Translations under genes and position numbers: made by a program
DNA from: Selaginella moellendorffii
Taxonomy: Eukaryota > Plantae > Lycopodiophyta
DNA length: 64,000 nucleotides
Assembly: GCF_000143415.4 (NCBI RefSeq)
Contig: NW_003314269.1
Location: forward strand, 2,721,060-2,785,059
Direction: 5' to 3'
Shown: one piece after another, positions 59,926-64,000 of the stretch
Layout of the letters: each line of letters begins with the position of its first letter
Numbering within the stretch: the stretch's first letter is position 1
The notes under the pieces: model-generated
Seen by the model: only the letters and a program-made list of their open reading frames with translations
The model's database searches: none
Told to the model about the DNA's origin: nothing

Positions 59926-61896
59926 TCAAATTGGAGACCCAGAGATCCAGGCATTCGACAGCAGCAAATACGGCACTGAGTTCTCGGGATCGAGCGACGA
60001 CGCGAGCCGCGCGGCTAGCGATCCCTGCTCCACATCCGCCTGGACATTGCAAGCGCCCAGCAGAATCGTCCAGGCCACCGAATCGGGCTCAAAGGGCATG
60101 CTCTCGATCAGATCCTGGGCGTGATCCAGCTGCCCAGTGCGCGCCAATTGATCTACCACGCACATATAGTGATCAAGCATCGCCGCCACGCCAAAATCCC
60201 CAACGAGCGAGACAAAGTAGCCGACGGTATTCTCTACAGATCCTATACGACCACACGCAAGGAGGACGCTCACGAATGTGACGGTATTGGGTTCGAATCC
60301 CTCCCACGCCATCGCCCGGAAGAGCCCCAGTGCTGCACGCCCATCCCCGTTTTGGGCACAAGCCGAGATAATCCCGTTCCACACGGGGAGCCCTAAATGG
60401 GGAGTTTTTGCAAACAACGACCTCGCGGCTGCCACGCGTCCATTTTGCGCGTACCCCGCGATCATTGCGTTCCACGAGACGAGGTCCAAGTGGGGCATCT
60501 TATCAAACACCTCCTTGGCTTCCTCCACATGCCCCTGTTGGGCAAGGGCCCCAACCAGGGCAGTCCACGCCACAAGATCCCGCTCCACCATACCGTGGAA
60601 TATCCTCCGCGCATCTTCCAGTCTCCCGCGCTGGGCGTGCGCGACTAGCATCGCCGTCCAGGCCAGGAGGTTCTTCTCGGGCATCCTGTCGAATATACTC
60701 TGCGCATCTTCCAGATGCCCTCTCTGGGCATATGCCGCGAGCACGCATACGTAGGTCGCGGTGTCCGGCTCGAGCATCCGATCGAAGAGCCGCCTAGCGC
60801 GGGAAATCTCGCCCAATTGGAGGAACCCATTGATGAGCGTGTTCCAAGACGCGGACGCGCGGTTGGGCATTCGATCGAACAGCCGCTCCGCCTCTGCCAG
60901 ATCACCGCTGTCGATGTAGGCGGTAATGAGCGCGTTCCAGGACGTGATCCCCGGATTAGGGCTGCGATCGAAGAGCTCCCGGGCCTCGGCGAGGCGCCCG
61001 TTGGACGTGTAGCCCGCGATGAGCGTTCCCCAGGCCTCGGGGGTCGGGTGTTCGAGTCGCGCGAACATCCGGACGGCCTCGTGGAGATTCCCATTCCGGG
61101 CACACGCGGACATCATCGCGTTCCACGTAACCGGGCACCACCGCGGCATGCCGCGGAAGATTCTCTGCGCATCTCCGAGATGCCCGTTACGGGCATATGC
61201 TGTGACGAGGCCGGTCCACGAATATTCGTCGTGCTCGGGCATCTCATCAAAAACTTGTCTTGATTCCGCAAGATGCCCGTTTTGCGCCAGCGCTGAGAAG
61301 AGCGCGTTCCAGCAAACGCTGCTTCTTTGGGGAATCTTTTCGAAGATACCACGAGCTCTGTGTAAATGCCGGTTTGAGGCATATGCTGTTGCAATGGCGT
61401 TCCAGCAGACTTCGTCTTTGCGAGAGATGGTGTCGAATACTTTCTTCGCCTCCTGAACGAAACCGGCTTTAGCGTATGCGCCCATGATCGCAGTCTCGGA
61501 TATAGTGCTTCGACTGGGCAGCCAGTCGAAGATCTCTCTTGCAGAACGCAATTGCCCTGCACTGGCAAATGCGGCGATCATCGCGGTCGCGGCCACCGGA
61601 TCCCAACGAGGCATCCGATCGTAAAAGATTGCAGCTGTGGAGAGAAACCCAGTTGTCTGCGTGTGCGCTGAGACGATGATGTTCCAGGAGAAGATGTTTC
61701 TCTTGACCATCGAGTCGAAGACACAGCGAGCCTCGCCGAGTTTGCCACACCGGGCATACATGTGAATGACAAGATTGTTGAAGAACGCCTCGGCTCCATG
61801 GCTGGAGCTGGCGATCTGGGCGTGGAGAGCCTGGGCTTGGACGGGATCTCGGCATTTTCGGAGGAGCTCAGCTGTGGCGTGCCGATCAAAACGCAT
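59926..61896 (-). CDS. PLS-class PPR protein with E domain
   Basis: Intronless 656 aa with long runs of 31-aa repeats and MPFEPDSVAWTILLGAC...PYLLLSN. Confidence 0.93.
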   Translation of the reverse strand: MRFDRHATAELLRKCRDPVQAQALHAQIASSSHGAEAFFNNLVIHMYARCGKLGEARCVFDSMVKRNIFSWNIIVSAHTQTTGFLSTAAIFYDRMPRWDPVAATAMIAAFASAGQLRSAREIFDWLPSRSTISETAIMGAYAKAGFVQEAKKVFDTISRKDEVCWNAIATAYASNRHLHRARGIFEKIPQRSSVCWNALFSALAQNGHLAESRQVFDEMPEHDEYSWTGLVTAYARNGHLGDAQRIFRGMPRWCPVTWNAMMSACARNGNLHEAVRMFARLEHPTPEAWGTLIAGYTSNGRLAEARELFDRSPNPGITSWNALITAYIDSGDLAEAERLFDRMPNRASASWNTLINGFLQLGEISRARRLFDRMLEPDTATYVCVLAAYAQRGHLEDAQSIFDRMPEKNLLAWTAMLVAHAQRGRLEDARRIFHGMVERDLVAWTALVGALAQQGHVEEAKEVFDKMPHLDLVSWNAMIAGYAQNGRVAAARSLFAKTPHLGLPVWNGIISACAQNGDGRAALGLFRAMAWEGFEPNTVTFVSVLLACGRIGSVENTVGYFVSLVGDFGVAAMLDHYMCVVDQLARTGQLDHAQDLIESMPFEPDSVAWTILLGACNVQADVEQGSLAARLASSLDPENSVPYLLLSNAWISGSPI

Positions 61897-62393
61897 CCAA
61901 ATCTCACATCGTTTTCAGTAAAGGCCAAGAGTGATAAAGTATTTCTAATTTGCATACATTGCATTGTGGTCTCAGGCCTAAGACTCCTAACAACATGTAT
62001 TATTCCATTCATCATGCTCTTAAAAAACAGTCGAGTGTGATCCTCCCAAAATCTCCAGCCAAGCTTAACAACAGTAGATTCCAAGGGAAAAACTCATCAT
62101 ACTTTAACTATACGCGTGACCAATCAAACATGGAAGATTCCACAGAAAAGGACGAGTGCTAAGCGTCGTTTTAGGAGGACTTTTATTTACAATAAACCCG
62201 GAAAAACATCTCTGCTGGCTCTATACACATTCTCCCTGCCTAGTTTCCTGTGCGAGGAATCCTCGCCCCTGTCTCCCTGATCTGATAGAACCCAAGAGAG
62301 ATCGAAAAACTATGGCTCCAGATCGATCGATCGACCAGAGATCTCGATCGCACGAGATCGAGGAGAGGGACGAACCATTGCTTTGATCATCGA

Positions 62394-63705
62394 TCACATA
62401 AGCGAGCACGCGTTTGGGTTCTCGTCGCTAAAGTACTGCGGCGCTATGATCCTCACCGTCTCGAACTGCATTGGAGGCTGGTTGGACAGCGTCCATGGCT
62501 CCGGCTCCGGTCTGTAGTAATCCCTCTCCCTCTCCTCATATCTTTCCTCGTATCTCTCCTCCTCCTCTTCCTTCTTCTCCTTCTTCTCCTCCTTCTCTTC
62601 CTTCTTCTCTTCCTTCTTCTTCTCCTCCTTCTTCTCCTCCTTCTCTTCGGCCTTCTCCTCTTTCTTCTCTTCTTTCTTCTTCTCCTCCTTCTCTTCGGCC
62701 TTCTCTTCTTTCTTCTCCTCTTTCTTCTCTTCTTTCTTCTTCTCCTCCTTCTTCTCTTCGGCCTTCTCTTCTTTCTTCTCTTCTTTCTTCTTCTCTTCCT
62801 TCGTCTCTTCCTTCTTCTCTTCCTTCTTCCCTTCCTTCTTCTCCTCCTTCGTCTCTTCCTTCTTCTCCTCCTTCTTCTTCTCTTCCTTCGTCTCTTCCTT
62901 CTTCTCTTCCTTGTCCTTCTTCTCTTCCTTCTTCTCTTCCTTGTCCTTCTTCTCCTCCTTCTTCTCTTCCTTGTCCTTCTTCTCCTCCTTCTTCTCTTCC
63001 TCCTTGAACTTCACCTCCTTGTCCTTCTTCTTCTCCTCCTTCTTCTCTCCCTTCTCTTCCTCCTTGAACTTCACCTCCTTGTCCTTCTTCTCCTCGCCCT
63101 TGTCCTCCTTCTTCTCCTCCTTCTCCTTCTTCTCTTCCTTCTTCTCCTCTTTCTTCTCCTCCTTCTCCTTCTTCTCTTCCTTCTCTTCTTTCTTCTCCTC
63201 TTTCTTCTCTTCCTTTTTCTCTCCCTTCTCCTCCTTCTTCTCCTCCTTCTCCTTCTTCTCTTCCTTCTTCTCGGATTTCTCCTCGTCGGATGATTTCTTC
63301 TCCTCTTTGGGTGGCGGAGGAGGAGATGGCCAGAAATCCGCCTGCTTTCCCGTCTTCTTGGCCCTCTTGAGCACCTCCTTGGGATCCACAAACCCTTTAA
63401 CCGTCACCTTTCCTTCGTTGCGATTCACGTCCAGCGACATAAGCCCTGAGAACACACCATCAGATCGAGAAACACGCGAAATTCGCGATAAATTTCCATA
63501 CCTTTCACCTTGTTGAGCGATTTCTTCACCTTCTTCTCGCATCCCAGGCAGTGAATTTTCACCTTGAGCACCACAGTCTGCGAGCACGAGATGAATTGGA
63601 TTCCAAATCCAGCCAAAACCCCTCACAGAAACATAAACACTCACTCACCACGGGCTCCAGCGGCTTCGCATCCTCCTTCTCCTCCTTCTTCTCCCCGTCC
63701 CCCAT
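62394..63705 (-). CDS. Heavy-metal-associated isoprenylated plant protein (HIPP) with a long E/K tract, 3 exons
   Basis: Exon 1 MGDGEKKEEKEDAKPLEPV, HMA domain TVVLKVKIHCLGC...VTVKGFVDP, C-terminal FSDENPNACSLM* (CaaX). Confidence 0.93.
62530..63310 (-). repeat. Coding purine-rich low-complexity repeat (KEEKK-like units)
   Basis: Nearly pure C/T tract on the + strand. Confidence 0.95.
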
Positions 63706-64000
63706 TCCAGACCGATTCGATTCAACCGCAGCTCCGATTGCTCCTCAGCAATTCCGGGCACCAAATTGCCCTGGATCTACCCCGACCTAACAGCAGAATC
63801 CCCCAAGAACAGATCGGCCGCGCGAATCCGACACCCGCATTTGGCATCTGGCGGCCGCGCCGGTGCTGGCGATGCGCCGCGACATCGAATTGGACAAGAA
63901 GAGATGAGGGAGAGAGAGAGAGAGAGAGCGCGTAGTGTGTTCTTGGTGGAGGTCGACAAGCTTTGGCTATGGCGGCCGACTAACGGACGAAAAAAACTAA

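Overview
Compact land-plant nuclear DNA. Tiny (~47-70 nt) GT-AG introns, very short intergenic gaps, intronless S-repeat-rich PPR-E genes and a CVNH lectin are most consistent with a lycophyte such as Selaginella (inference). Gene islands lie at 0-2 kb (short RPN2), 23.5-27 kb (APS kinase, GET2-like, PPR), 32-34.5 kb (PPR, ubiquitin-like) and 44.5-64 kb. The last island holds a Cache-HAMP hybrid histidine kinase, a plastid sugar transporter, a TauD/CSL dioxygenase, APX-R, RPP0, an unknown plastid-type protein, a PPR and a HIPP. The islands alternate with AT-rich retrotransposon nests: several copies of a short-LTR (~175 bp) Ty3/Gypsy group, a deleted chromovirus, and three solo LTRs carrying an expanding minisatellite. 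The 13-22 kb block is a patchwork of gene fragments: two CVNH copies, a split Lys-rich AGP and a split RPN2 pseudogene. Highlights are a bacterial/Sln1-like HAMP hybrid kinase, a G-GGA-AAC plus H-type pseudoknot -1 frameshift cassette in the Gypsy, a Swp1-sized RPN2, a tRNA-Glu minihelix remnant, operon-like gene packing and a long E/K-rich putative single-alpha-helix HIPP. There is a 100-N gap at 12233-12332. All alignments and counts were done by eye.
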